Assembly (NCBI GenBank): GCA_964626385.1
Contig: CAZVEO010000001.1
Span: 4,658 to 48,452 of the forward strand
DNA: 43,795 nt
Direction of reading: 5' to 3'
Origin: an uncultured Bacteroidaceae bacterium
GTDB lineage: Bacteria; Bacteroidota; Bacteroidia; Bacteroidales; P3
Numbering within the stretch: the stretch's first letter is position 1; each line of letters starts with the position of its first letter. A model generated the notes under the pieces. It saw only the letters and a list, made by a program, of their open reading frames with translations, was not told where the DNA came from and did no database searches. Shown one piece after another: positions 10,074 to 17,999 of the stretch. Both the position numbers and the translations under genes were made by a program.

Positions 10074-10249
10074 GCAAAATCCCAATTTCGAAAAATTTTT
10101 CTTCGAAAAACCTCTCGAAAACTCTGAAAATGAGGAAAAAAGCCCGATTTTGACCCTTAAAAAAGGTTAAGTGATTGATAATCAGCAGTAGCCCCCCTGT
10201 TTTTTGCTTTTAAATGGGTATTTACGCGATTTCCCGAAAAAATTTTTTT

Positions 10250-10500
10250 ACCACTTTTTTTATAGGTTTTTATAGGTTACACCCACAGGGTACACCCATA
10301 GGGTGTTTTATAAGGGCATAGCCTTTACTTTTGATAGGTTAGCATAGGTTGTTATAAGTTAGCATAGACACTTAAGCGAAGCCTCAGGTTTTTTTATAGA
10401 TGCATAAGCGTACGTGTTCTTTTAATGGCTTTGCCTTGTAAGACACCCTGTGGGTGTGGCTTTGCTCTTATAAGACAGGCTGTGCCTGTAACTTTTGGCA
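10250..10500. repeat. Second mosaic of the palindromic-word family
   Basis: Contains cacccacagggt, cacccatagggtgttttataagggcatagcc, two ataggttagcat-type words, caccctgtgggtg and acaggctgtgcctgt. Confidence 0.75.
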
Positions 10501-10539
10501 AATTATTTTAAAATATTTTGCTATACAAAAAAAACAAAG

Positions 10540-10547
10540 TAATTTTG
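10540..10547 (+). promoter_or_regulatory. Candidate -7 promoter box (TAATTTTG) for citD
   Basis: Exact TAnnTTTG match 52 nt upstream of the ATG at 10600. Confidence 0.4.
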
Positions 10548-10599
10548 CTACCTATCTTAGTGAAGAATAAAATTAACGCTAAACAAAATAGAAAAAATC

Positions 10600-10881
10600 A
10601 TGGATATGAAACAAGCGTTTGCCGGTACGTTAGAATCCGGCGATATAATGATTAAGATTGAACCAAGTGAAAAAGAAGGCTTGGAGATAAATCTTGATAG
10701 CACTGTTGCTTATCAGTTTGGTGAGCAAATAAAAAGTGTTATAAAAGAAACTCTTAAAGGGTTGAATGTTAACAACGCTATCATCACAGCAACCGATAAA
10801 GGTGCTTTGGATTGTACAATACGCGCTCGAGTTACAGCGGCAGTTGTTAGAGCTACTGGCAAAGATGTTTGGCAGGCCTAA
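10600..10881 (+). CDS. citD: Citrate lyase acyl carrier protein (gamma chain)
   Basis: 93 aa. AGTLESGD motif contains the prosthetic-group serine. First gene of the canonical citD-citE-citF order. The start could be the second ATG at 10606. Confidence 0.9.
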   Translation: MDMKQAFAGTLESGDIMIKIEPSEKEGLEINLDSTVAYQFGEQIKSVIKETLKGLNVNNAIITATDKGALDCTIRARVTAAVVRATGKDVWQA

Positions 10882-10957
10882 ATTTTAGAGTTTTTTTATA
10901 AAAATAATCATTAAAAAAGAACAAAGAGGTTAAAAAACCGCTAAAAATTAAATAATT

Positions 10958-11845
10958 ATGCAAAGGTTAAGAAGAACAATGATGTTTGTTCCGGGTAATA
11001 ATCCTGCTATGATGTCAGACGCTTTTATTTATGGTCCAGACTCAATTATGCTTGATTTGGAGGACTCGGTAACAATGGCAGAAAAAGATGCTGCAAGACT
11101 TTTGGTTCACAATGCATTAAAAACCATAGACTATGGCAATACAGAGATGGTTGTCAGAGTTAATCCATTAAATACTCCATACGGAAAAAAAGACGTTGAA
11201 GCCGTGGTAAAAGCCGGTGTGGACGTTATTCGTATGCCAAAGACTGAGACAGCTGAAGAGGTACAAGAACTTGAGGCTGAAATAGAAAAAGTAGAAAAAG
11301 AGCTTGGGTGCTTGGGTAGAACTCAGATAATGGCTGCCATAGAAAGCACAAAAGGTATAATAAACGCATACGCCATAGCAACCGCTTCCAAACGTATGAT
11401 GGGTATAGCCTTGGGAGCAGAGGACTATTGTGCAAATCTTAAGACCCAAAGAACTCCTTCTGGTGATGAGCTTCTTTTGGCAAGAGAAACTATTGTTGTA
11501 GCAGCAAGAGCGGCAGGTATTTATGCTTTGGATACGGTTTATTCCAATCTTAACGATATGGAAACTTTCCGCAAAGAAGTAGAGCTTATCAAACGTTTGG
11601 GCTTTGATGGAAAGAGTATTATCAACCCTCGTCAAATAGAGATAATCAACGAGGTGTTTACTCCAACAGAAAAAGAGATAGAAAAAGCCAAAACCATAGT
11701 AGCGGCAATAAAAGAGGCTGCTGCAAAGGGTTCGGGTGTTATTGCTGTTAATGGTAAGATGGTTGACAAACCTGTTGTTACAAGAGCAGAGCATACAATA
11801 GAGTTGGCTTTGGCAGCAGGTGTAATTACAAAGGAGGACTTATAA
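10958..11845 (+). CDS. citE: Citrate lyase beta chain (citryl-CoA lyase)
   Basis: 295 aa. RRTMMFVPG N-terminus and LDLEDSV motif of the HpcH/CitE family. The stop overlaps the citF ATG by 1 nt. Confidence 0.9.
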   Translation: MQRLRRTMMFVPGNNPAMMSDAFIYGPDSIMLDLEDSVTMAEKDAARLLVHNALKTIDYGNTEMVVRVNPLNTPYGKKDVEAVVKAGVDVIRMPKTETAEEVQELEAEIEKVEKELGCLGRTQIMAAIESTKGIINAYAIATASKRMMGIALGAEDYCANLKTQRTPSGDELLLARETIVVAARAAGIYALDTVYSNLNDMETFRKEVELIKRLGFDGKSIINPRQIEIINEVFTPTEKEIEKAKTIVAAIKEAAAKGSGVIAVNGKMVDKPVVTRAEHTIELALAAGVITKEDL

Positions 11846-13380
11846 TGAGTACATTGAAAGAAAGAAAATCAGATATAGAAGCCCTTGCTTCCAAAATGGG
11901 CAAACCAGTATATAAGGAAGCTGAGGCAAAGGTTACTACTTTTAGAAAAGATTATCAAAAACAATCTGACAAATTGGTAACCTTAGAAGAGGCTATAAAG
12001 AATAGTGGCTTAGAAAATGGAATGACTATAAGTTTTCACCATCATTTTCGTGGTGGAGACAAAGTGGTAAATATGGTTGTGGATAAGTTGGCTCAAATGG
12101 GATTCAAAAATCTTCGTTTGGCGGCTTCCTCTTTGCAAGATGTACACGAGCCTTTGATAGAGCATATTAAAAATGGTGTTATTACAAGTATTTCTACCTC
12201 AGGTCTTAGAGGAAAATTGGCAGATGCTATTTCTCGTGGTCTGATGAAAGAGCCTGTTGTTTTCCGCTCACATGGAGGAAGAGGTTCGGCTATTGTCAAT
12301 GGCGATGAGCATATAAATGTTGCTTTTATAGGCGCCTCTTCTTCTGACCCTTTGGGCAATGCTTGTGGTTTTTCAAGAAGTGAAAATGCTAAAAGTATTT
12401 GCGGTTCTTTGGGTTATGCTATTCCAGATGCTCAGAACGCAGATAAAGTAGTGATTCTTACAGATGACCTTGTTGCTTACCCTAATACTCCTGCCTCTAT
12501 TTCGGAAAGTTATGTTGATTATGTTGTTGAGGTTGAAAGTGTCGGCGATTCTTCCAAGATAGCCTCGGGGGCAATACGTGATACCAAAAATCCAAGAGAC
12601 ATACTTCTTGCAAAACAAGCAGCAAAGGTTATTATCAACGGAGGTTATTTCAAAGATGGTTTCTCTATTCAGACAGGGTCTGGTGGAGCCTCTTTGGCTG
12701 CAGTTAAGTACATAAGAGAAAGTATGATAGAAAGAGGAATTAAGGCCTCATACGCTCTTGGAGGTATTACTGCTCATATGGTTAAAATGTTTGAAGAGGG
12801 ATTGATAGAAAAACTTATAGATGTACAATCTTTTGACAAAGTTGCCGCTGAGTCTATAAGAGACCACGAAATGCATAAAGAAGCCTCTGCCAATGAATAC
12901 GCTTCAGCAGATGAAAAGGGTAGTGCAACTCACTATTTGGATATGGTAATTCTTTCTGCTTTAGAGGTTGATGTCAATTTCAATGTAAATGTTTTGGTTG
13001 GTTCTGACGGCATTATACGTGGAGCAATAGGCGGACACCAAGATACTGCGGAGGATTCGGCGCTTTCTATTATTGTTTGTCCTTTGTTGAGAGGTAGAAT
13101 ACCTTGTGTTGTAGATGAGGTAACTACTTTGATTACTCCGGGTTCAAGCGTTGATGTTATTGTTACCGAGTATGGTATTGCAGTCAATCCTCGTCGTCCG
13201 GAGATAGCAGAAAGATTGAAAAATGCGGGACTTAACATTGTTGATATTCACGACTTGGCTGCAAAGGCTAAGAGTATAATAGGCACACCTGCTCCTTTGC
13301 CTTTCGGAGATAAGGTTGTAGGCGTGGTTATGAATAGAGATGGTTCAGTGCTTGACGTTATAAAGAATATAGAAGCTTAA
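11845..13380 (+). CDS. citF: Citrate lyase alpha chain (citrate CoA-transferase)
   Basis: 511 aa. Position after citDE, the length and the SFHHHFRGGD region all fit CitF. Confidence 0.9.
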   Translation: MSTLKERKSDIEALASKMGKPVYKEAEAKVTTFRKDYQKQSDKLVTLEEAIKNSGLENGMTISFHHHFRGGDKVVNMVVDKLAQMGFKNLRLAASSLQDVHEPLIEHIKNGVITSISTSGLRGKLADAISRGLMKEPVVFRSHGGRGSAIVNGDEHINVAFIGASSSDPLGNACGFSRSENAKSICGSLGYAIPDAQNADKVVILTDDLVAYPNTPASISESYVDYVVEVESVGDSSKIASGAIRDTKNPRDILLAKQAAKVIINGGYFKDGFSIQTGSGGASLAAVKYIRESMIERGIKASYALGGITAHMVKMFEEGLIEKLIDVQSFDKVAAESIRDHEMHKEASANEYASADEKGSATHYLDMVILSALEVDVNFNVNVLVGSDGIIRGAIGGHQDTAEDSALSIIVCPLLRGRIPCVVDEVTTLITPGSSVDVIVTEYGIAVNPRRPEIAERLKNAGLNIVDIHDLAAKAKSIIGTPAPLPFGDKVVGVVMNRDGSVLDVIKNIEA

Positions 13381-13401
13381 TCTAAAACTAATTAAAAGTA
13401 A

Positions 13402-13440
13402 AGAGGCTGTATTATTTTTATAATACAGCCTCTTTTTTTA
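13402..13440 (+). terminator. Intrinsic terminator after citF
   Basis: Stem agaggctgtattat / ataatacagcctct followed by a T7 run. Confidence 0.75.
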
Positions 13441-13444
13441 TAAA

Positions 13445-13482
13445 AAAACTTGCTTTTTTTACAAGGAAAAGCAAGTTTTTGA
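13445..13482 (-). terminator. Intrinsic terminator after the FKBP gene (minus strand)
   Basis: Stem aaacttgctttt / aaaagcaagttt. On the minus strand it is followed by a U-rich run. Confidence 0.55.
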
Positions 13483-13523
13483 GATACTTTTTTTTACATT
13501 GTATCTTTATGAAAACACATTTA

Positions 13524-14147
13524 TTATTTTTCTATACCCAATAACTCAACTTCAAAGATAAGTGTTGAACCGGATGGAATGCTTCCTACTGGTTGGTTAC
13601 CGTAAGCCAAATCGGCAGGAATAAAGAAACGATATTTGCTTCCAACATTCATCAACTGCACTCCTTCTGTCCATCCTGCAATAACTTGATTTAAGGGGAA
13701 AACAATACTCTCTCCTCTTTGTACTGAGGAGTCAAAAACGTTTCCGTTAAGCAAAGTGCCGTGATAATGTACTCTTACTTTATCGCTTGATTTTGGCTTT
13801 TCTCCTTTACCCTCAGTTATAATAGTATATTGTAAACCGGAAGGAGTTTCTATTACATTCTCATTTTTTCTATTATTTTGCAAGAATGTTTCGCCTTCTT
13901 TTCTGTGTTTACTGCTTTGCTCCATTGCTATTTTTTGCTTTTTAGCATCCATTTCCATTTGCCATGCTTGCATCACAGTGTTTTTTTCTTGCTCGGTCAT
14001 AGAGTTTTCTAATTTGCCTGTTGCTGCTTGCTTAATAGTCTCCACAAATACATCTATATTCAAATCATAGCCTTGTGATACTATACTCTTGCCAATATCC
14101 TCCCCAAGTATATAGGATACTTTATCTTTTTGAGTTTTTAATTCCAT
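13524..14147 (-). CDS. FKBP-type peptidyl-prolyl cis-trans isomerase
   Basis: 207 aa. C-terminal FKBP domain (VRVHYHGTLLNGNVFDSS, FPLNQVIAGWTEG, LIFEVELLGI) after a helical N-terminal domain. Confidence 0.9.
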   Translation of the reverse strand: MELKTQKDKVSYILGEDIGKSIVSQGYDLNIDVFVETIKQAATGKLENSMTEQEKNTVMQAWQMEMDAKKQKIAMEQSSKHRKEGETFLQNNRKNENVIETPSGLQYTIITEGKGEKPKSSDKVRVHYHGTLLNGNVFDSSVQRGESIVFPLNQVIAGWTEGVQLMNVGSKYRFFIPADLAYGNQPVGSIPSGSTLIFEVELLGIEK

Positions 14148-14401
14148 ATTTATTTTTCTATTTTATTTTTTTACTCGCACATATAACGCATTAATAATCT
14201 ATATTATTGCTTGCTATCAATCAATAGTTGAAGAAAATAATTTTTCCAAAATATTACAACTTGTTTTTTTTATATAAGGGAGGAGAAAGAAAAAAAGGCT
14301 GTTTTTTTTGCAGAAAAATATTTTATTCCTTGTTTGGTATTAAAATGTTTTATATCTCTGTGGCTGATAAATTTTATTATAAACTTAAATGATATTCAAT
14401 T

Positions 14402-14716
14402 ATGAGAAAGAATTATTATCTGTTGATTTTCTTAATCTTGTTATTTGTGAGTACTATAAGTTATGCACAAATGCAAGGAATCAACGCAAGTTCAGAAAGG
14501 TATGCACGTAGCCTTCAAACCACAGGCGAATTTGTAAAAGTAAAAAACATTGACAATAGGTCAATACTTACATTATGTAACACAATAACAGGCAATAGTG
14601 TTTTTGTTAAAACAAAAATGGGAACTAATTATATAGAAGTTGGTTTCTTAAATTCAAGTTTTCAAGTTTATGATTTTAGAATCTTGTATGACTCTATCTA
14701 TTTTTGTGGAAAATAG
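14402..14716 (+). CDS. Small secreted hypothetical protein, possibly the 5' part of a frameshifted gene
   Basis: 104 aa with signal peptide MRKNYYLLIFLILLFVSTISYAQ. Another frame is open from 14692 to 14882 and overlaps the stop. Confidence 0.4.
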   Translation: MRKNYYLLIFLILLFVSTISYAQMQGINASSERYARSLQTTGEFVKVKNIDNRSILTLCNTITGNSVFVKTKMGTNYIEVGFLNSSFQVYDFRILYDSIYFCGK

Positions 14717-14916
14717 ATGTTTTAAGTAGTCAATGTTATAAAAAATATGCAACAAGAGTTCTTTTTGACCAACCACAACCATTAGGAAATCCAATGTATA
14801 TTTCTAATCCAATACCAAGTAATATTAATATAGGATTTTTCTCCTCCTCTCAAGATATGTATATAACAACTTGTTCCGATTAAAAATAGATATAAACATT
14901 AAAATAACAAAAAGAT

Positions 14917-16008
14917 ATGAAAAAGATTATTTTTTTCTGTGCAATGTTATGCACAATATTAAGTGTAAAATCACAATGTCTCTGGACATATGTTCCATGC
15001 AATGAGGATACATTGAACATGAGACAATATGAGGATCGGTATTTATTTAATTACTGTCGTAGAGAAGGTTTAAATTTAGATGTTATCTTACCATCAGAAC
15101 AAAATATATCAGATGATGCTTTTGAAGTAGTATATGGGCTTATTCGTCCTTATACTGTCCTACAATATCCTTATAATATTATAACAGATTATGCCCAACC
15201 GTATATTGTAGATACTGCAATAACTATTGCAGGGGTGTCAGGTTATGTTTTTCATAATTTTGATATTATACATAGAGATAAGTATCAGTGTTATAAATGG
15301 TATTTTGAAATATGGGACTCTACTCTTACTAATATACTACGTTCTGTTGATATTACAGACACAAGTGGCGAAAGATATCATTTTCAAACACCTTATTATA
15401 CAGAAGTATTTTTTGATGAACCTCTAACAATATCTGGTAAATTCTATGTAGTATACCACACTCCTGACACATTAAATATAGAATGCCCAATTATCTATTC
15501 TTCTGCTCCTATCGGTGTTGGTGGTAATGTGATGGGAACATCTGTATGTTCTCCTATAACAGAACTACATCCTTTAGTAACTACTTGGAGCGATGGTAAA
15601 ATAGATGACGGCATAAGGACATGGAGTTATATTGGAAAGGAGAAAAATGTTTTTACAGGCGAATCTGAGGGTGATACTATTACTATGTTGTATTTATTCC
15701 CTATTCTTGCGGATACAACAAACGGAGGAGTCACTAGTTCTGATACAACCACTTCTAGTTTGGAAAATATTAATGGTTTAGAATCGATTAGAGTTTTTCC
15801 TAATCCTGCGGAAAATGAAGTAAATATAAATAGTGGTTATAGAATAGAGAGAATATTTTTATATGATGAGAGTAGCAAACTTTTACAAGAAAAAGAAGTA
15901 AAAGCCTATAACTGCAAAATAGATTTGCATTCCTATCCTCAAGGCTCCTACCTGCTAAAAGTCCAAACCACCAAAAACCAAACCACCCACAAAATAATAA
16001 GACAATAG
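14917..16008 (+). CDS. T9SS C-terminal sorting domain-containing secreted protein
   Basis: 363 aa with a signal peptide. The C-terminal ~80 aa (IRVFPNPAENEVNI...GSYLLKVQT) fit the type A Por-secretion sorting domain pattern. Confidence 0.75.
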   Translation: MKKIIFFCAMLCTILSVKSQCLWTYVPCNEDTLNMRQYEDRYLFNYCRREGLNLDVILPSEQNISDDAFEVVYGLIRPYTVLQYPYNIITDYAQPYIVDTAITIAGVSGYVFHNFDIIHRDKYQCYKWYFEIWDSTLTNILRSVDITDTSGERYHFQTPYYTEVFFDEPLTISGKFYVVYHTPDTLNIECPIIYSSAPIGVGGNVMGTSVCSPITELHPLVTTWSDGKIDDGIRTWSYIGKEKNVFTGESEGDTITMLYLFPILADTTNGGVTSSDTTTSSLENINGLESIRVFPNPAENEVNINSGYRIERIFLYDESSKLLQEKEVKAYNCKIDLHSYPQGSYLLKVQTTKNQTTHKIIRQ

Positions 16009-16046
16009 ATTGAGAATTATATTGTTGTGAGTTATTATAGATTGTT

Positions 16047-16131
16047 ATAGGTTAGCATAAGTTATGATAAAAACGGAACACCTAAGTTTTGTCAAATGCT
16101 TAAGTGTGTATCAAAACTTATGCAAACCTAT
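16047..16131. repeat. Palindromic-word family unit (ataggttagcataagtt inverted pair)
   Basis: 17-nt arms at 16047-16063 and 16115-16131 are reverse complements with one mismatch. The same word occurs at 9626, 9802, 10336, 34238, 36209 and 43590. Confidence 0.7.
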
Positions 16132-16150
16132 TATAAAGTTGTATATATAA

Positions 16151-16786
16151 TTAAATAGATTTTATAGGGAAACGAACTACTGTGCGTAATCTTTCGGGTT
16201 TGCAACGACGAGGGTCGCTAAGATATATTTCGTGATGATGTCTAACAATGGAAAAATCTGCCCTATATCCATTATTATTTGCAAACTCTTTCATTAAAGC
16301 AATGGTGGTTGGTGTGTTATCGTATTCTCCTATATGCATACACTGAACACAAAGCCCTTCCTCTATAGTTAAAAATTCTGCAATGGAATAATCTTGTCCT
16401 TTCTTTTTACTTGCTGTTTCTATAGCCCACTGTAAGTTTTCGCGAGTAATAAAATCTGGTAATCTAATAGCAGATATCCATTGAAAATTATCCTTGTCTC
16501 TATAGTCAAATGTTGAACCATCATTTTGCCACCAAAATCCCTCCAATGGAGGAACTATGTATGGTTGGTAATCTTTTATTTTGTAATCTGTTTTATAACT
16601 CATTTTCAAAGTAAAAGCAAGCGTATACAATATGCCAATAGATTGCTTATAGGCTCCATCAACTTCATTGGGACTACCTGAGCCTTTTACGGCAATAAAA
16701 TTAGCAGTAGGAACATTTACAATAGAAGGTTTGCGAGTAGGTAAATAAAACTCCTTGTACTCCTTTTTAAAGTCAAAATTTGTCAT
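16151..16786 (-). CDS. GyrI-like small-molecule-binding domain protein
   Basis: 211 aa. N-terminus FDFKKEYKEFYLPTRKPSIVNVPTANFIAVKGSGSPN is typical of this family. Confidence 0.7.
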   Translation of the reverse strand: MTNFDFKKEYKEFYLPTRKPSIVNVPTANFIAVKGSGSPNEVDGAYKQSIGILYTLAFTLKMSYKTDYKIKDYQPYIVPPLEGFWWQNDGSTFDYRDKDNFQWISAIRLPDFITRENLQWAIETASKKKGQDYSIAEFLTIEEGLCVQCMHIGEYDNTPTTIALMKEFANNNGYRADFSIVRHHHEIYLSDPRRCKPERLRTVVRFPIKSI

Positions 16787-16922
16787 ATAAGTAATTGTTT
16801 TTGTTGTGTTTTGTATAAAAACGTAATTACTTAACTTTTTATTATGTGAAAGGCAGAAGCATTTAATGGTAATTAGGATTAATAGAAGGGCAGTCTAAGT
16901 ATATATTTATTTTATTAATCTT

Positions 16923-16958
16923 AAAAAGGATGCACTGTAAAAAGATGCATCCTTTTTT
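16923..16958 (-). terminator. Intrinsic terminator after korB (minus strand)
   Basis: Stem ggatgca / tgcatcc flanked by A and T runs. The minus-strand RNA ends in UUUUU after the hairpin. Confidence 0.6.
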
Positions 16959-16977
16959 TATTAGAAATAAGTTTATT

Positions 16978-17994
16978 TTAATTAACTTCCCAAGTTTCTC
17001 CAGAGTTAAGCAATTCATCTACATTATGAACAGCTCCATGTTGTTTTTGCTCTTCTTCTTGAGCTTCAAACATTTGGTTATAGGTTGGCTTTTTTACCGC
17101 ACGAATAACTCCAAAGACCATTGGAAACTCCGGCGGACGCATACGAGCAAGCATATGATGAATACCGGTATCCTCTGTTGTTTCATCGTGAATCATAATA
17201 TCCTTTTCTGTTATGCCTTCTCCAATTTTTACAACTTTAAGACTCCTGCCTATCATTACCAAACCTTTATCTCTGTTTTTACCAAAAATCATAGGTTTGC
17301 CATGTTCTACCCATAATTGCCTATCTTCTCTTGTTTCTTTATCTGTTACGTCTGCATGGGTGCCATTATTGAATATCATACAATTTTGCAAAACTTCCAC
17401 GACAGCCGTACCATCGTGAGCAGCCATACGTTCGCAAACTTTTTGCAACGAAACACTTTGAGAATCTATTGCACGAGCAAAAAAAGTTCCTCTAACACCA
17501 AGCACAAGTTCTCCGGGATTTAATTGATAGTCCAAGACACCAAATGGAGAAGTTTTTGTTACTTGGCCCTGTTTTGTAGTTGGAGAGTACTGCCCTTTTG
17601 TCAAACCATATATTCTATTGTTAAACATTATCAAATTAACATCCATATTTCTACGAATAAGATGCATAAAATGATTGCCTCCTATGGCTGTAGAGTCGCC
17701 ATCTCCTGTTGTTATCCAAACAGAAAGATTTGGGTTTGCCATTTTTACTCCTGTGGCTATGGCGGCTGGTCGTCCGTGAATACCATGAAAACCATAGGAA
17801 TTGACATAGTAAGGAAAACGAGAAGAACAACCAATACCAGAAACAATACAATAGTCCTCTTTTCTATAATTTATCTTTGGAAAAACATTGTGAACCGCTG
17901 CAAGTATGGCATGGTCGCCACAACCCGGACACCATTTTACCATTTGACTTGAAGCAAAATCCGCTTTTGTTAGTGTTACATTTGAATGTTCCAT
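16978..17994 (-). CDS. korB: 2-oxoglutarate/2-oxoacid:ferredoxin oxidoreductase beta subunit
   Basis: 338 aa. CPGCGDH motif and a GDGD...GGNH thiamine-PP binding region. Confidence 0.9.
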   Translation of the reverse strand: MEHSNVTLTKADFASSQMVKWCPGCGDHAILAAVHNVFPKINYRKEDYCIVSGIGCSSRFPYYVNSYGFHGIHGRPAAIATGVKMANPNLSVWITTGDGDSTAIGGNHFMHLIRRNMDVNLIMFNNRIYGLTKGQYSPTTKQGQVTKTSPFGVLDYQLNPGELVLGVRGTFFARAIDSQSVSLQKVCERMAAHDGTAVVEVLQNCMIFNNGTHADVTDKETREDRQLWVEHGKPMIFGKNRDKGLVMIGRSLKVVKIGEGITEKDIMIHDETTEDTGIHHMLARMRPPEFPMVFGVIRAVKKPTYNQMFEAQEEEQKQHGAVHNVDELLNSGETWEVN

Positions 17995-17999
17995 AGTTC

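Larger units (their letters stand above)
9801..10249 (+). repeat. Copy A of a ~445-bp twin intergenic element (partner at 34236-34679, same orientation)
   Basis: Aligns by eye along its whole length with copy B. Only scattered substitutions and a small indel in an A-rich tract. Confidence 0.85.

Noticed and set aside
9801-10249. Twin elements, and the 156-nt repeats at 42646-42957, as template and variable repeats of a diversity-generating retroelement
   Set aside because: Differences between copies are not confined to adenine positions. No reverse transcriptase gene is present, and the twin elements are non-coding.
9801-10249. Twin element as an insertion sequence or classic MITE
   Set aside because: There is no transposase ORF. 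The terminal inverted repeats are weak (15 of 17 in copy B, 12 of 17 in copy A) and not at the very ends. I could not see flanking target-site duplications. The question stays open as a hypothesis, but I do not call it a mobile element.
9571-10500. Repeat-rich spacer considered as a CRISPR array
   Set aside because: The repeats are short palindromic words in variable order and orientation. There is no constant repeat length or regular repeat-spacer period, and no cas genes are in the window.
11168-11794. 208-aa antisense ORF within citE, and similar antisense ORFs at 637-1071, 3507-3938, 17524-17952, 20057-20494 and 34877-35233
   Set aside because: Each lies fully inside a well-supported gene on the opposite strand and has biased, low-complexity or Cys/Phe/Leu-rich composition. 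These are typical shadow ORFs in AT-rich DNA.
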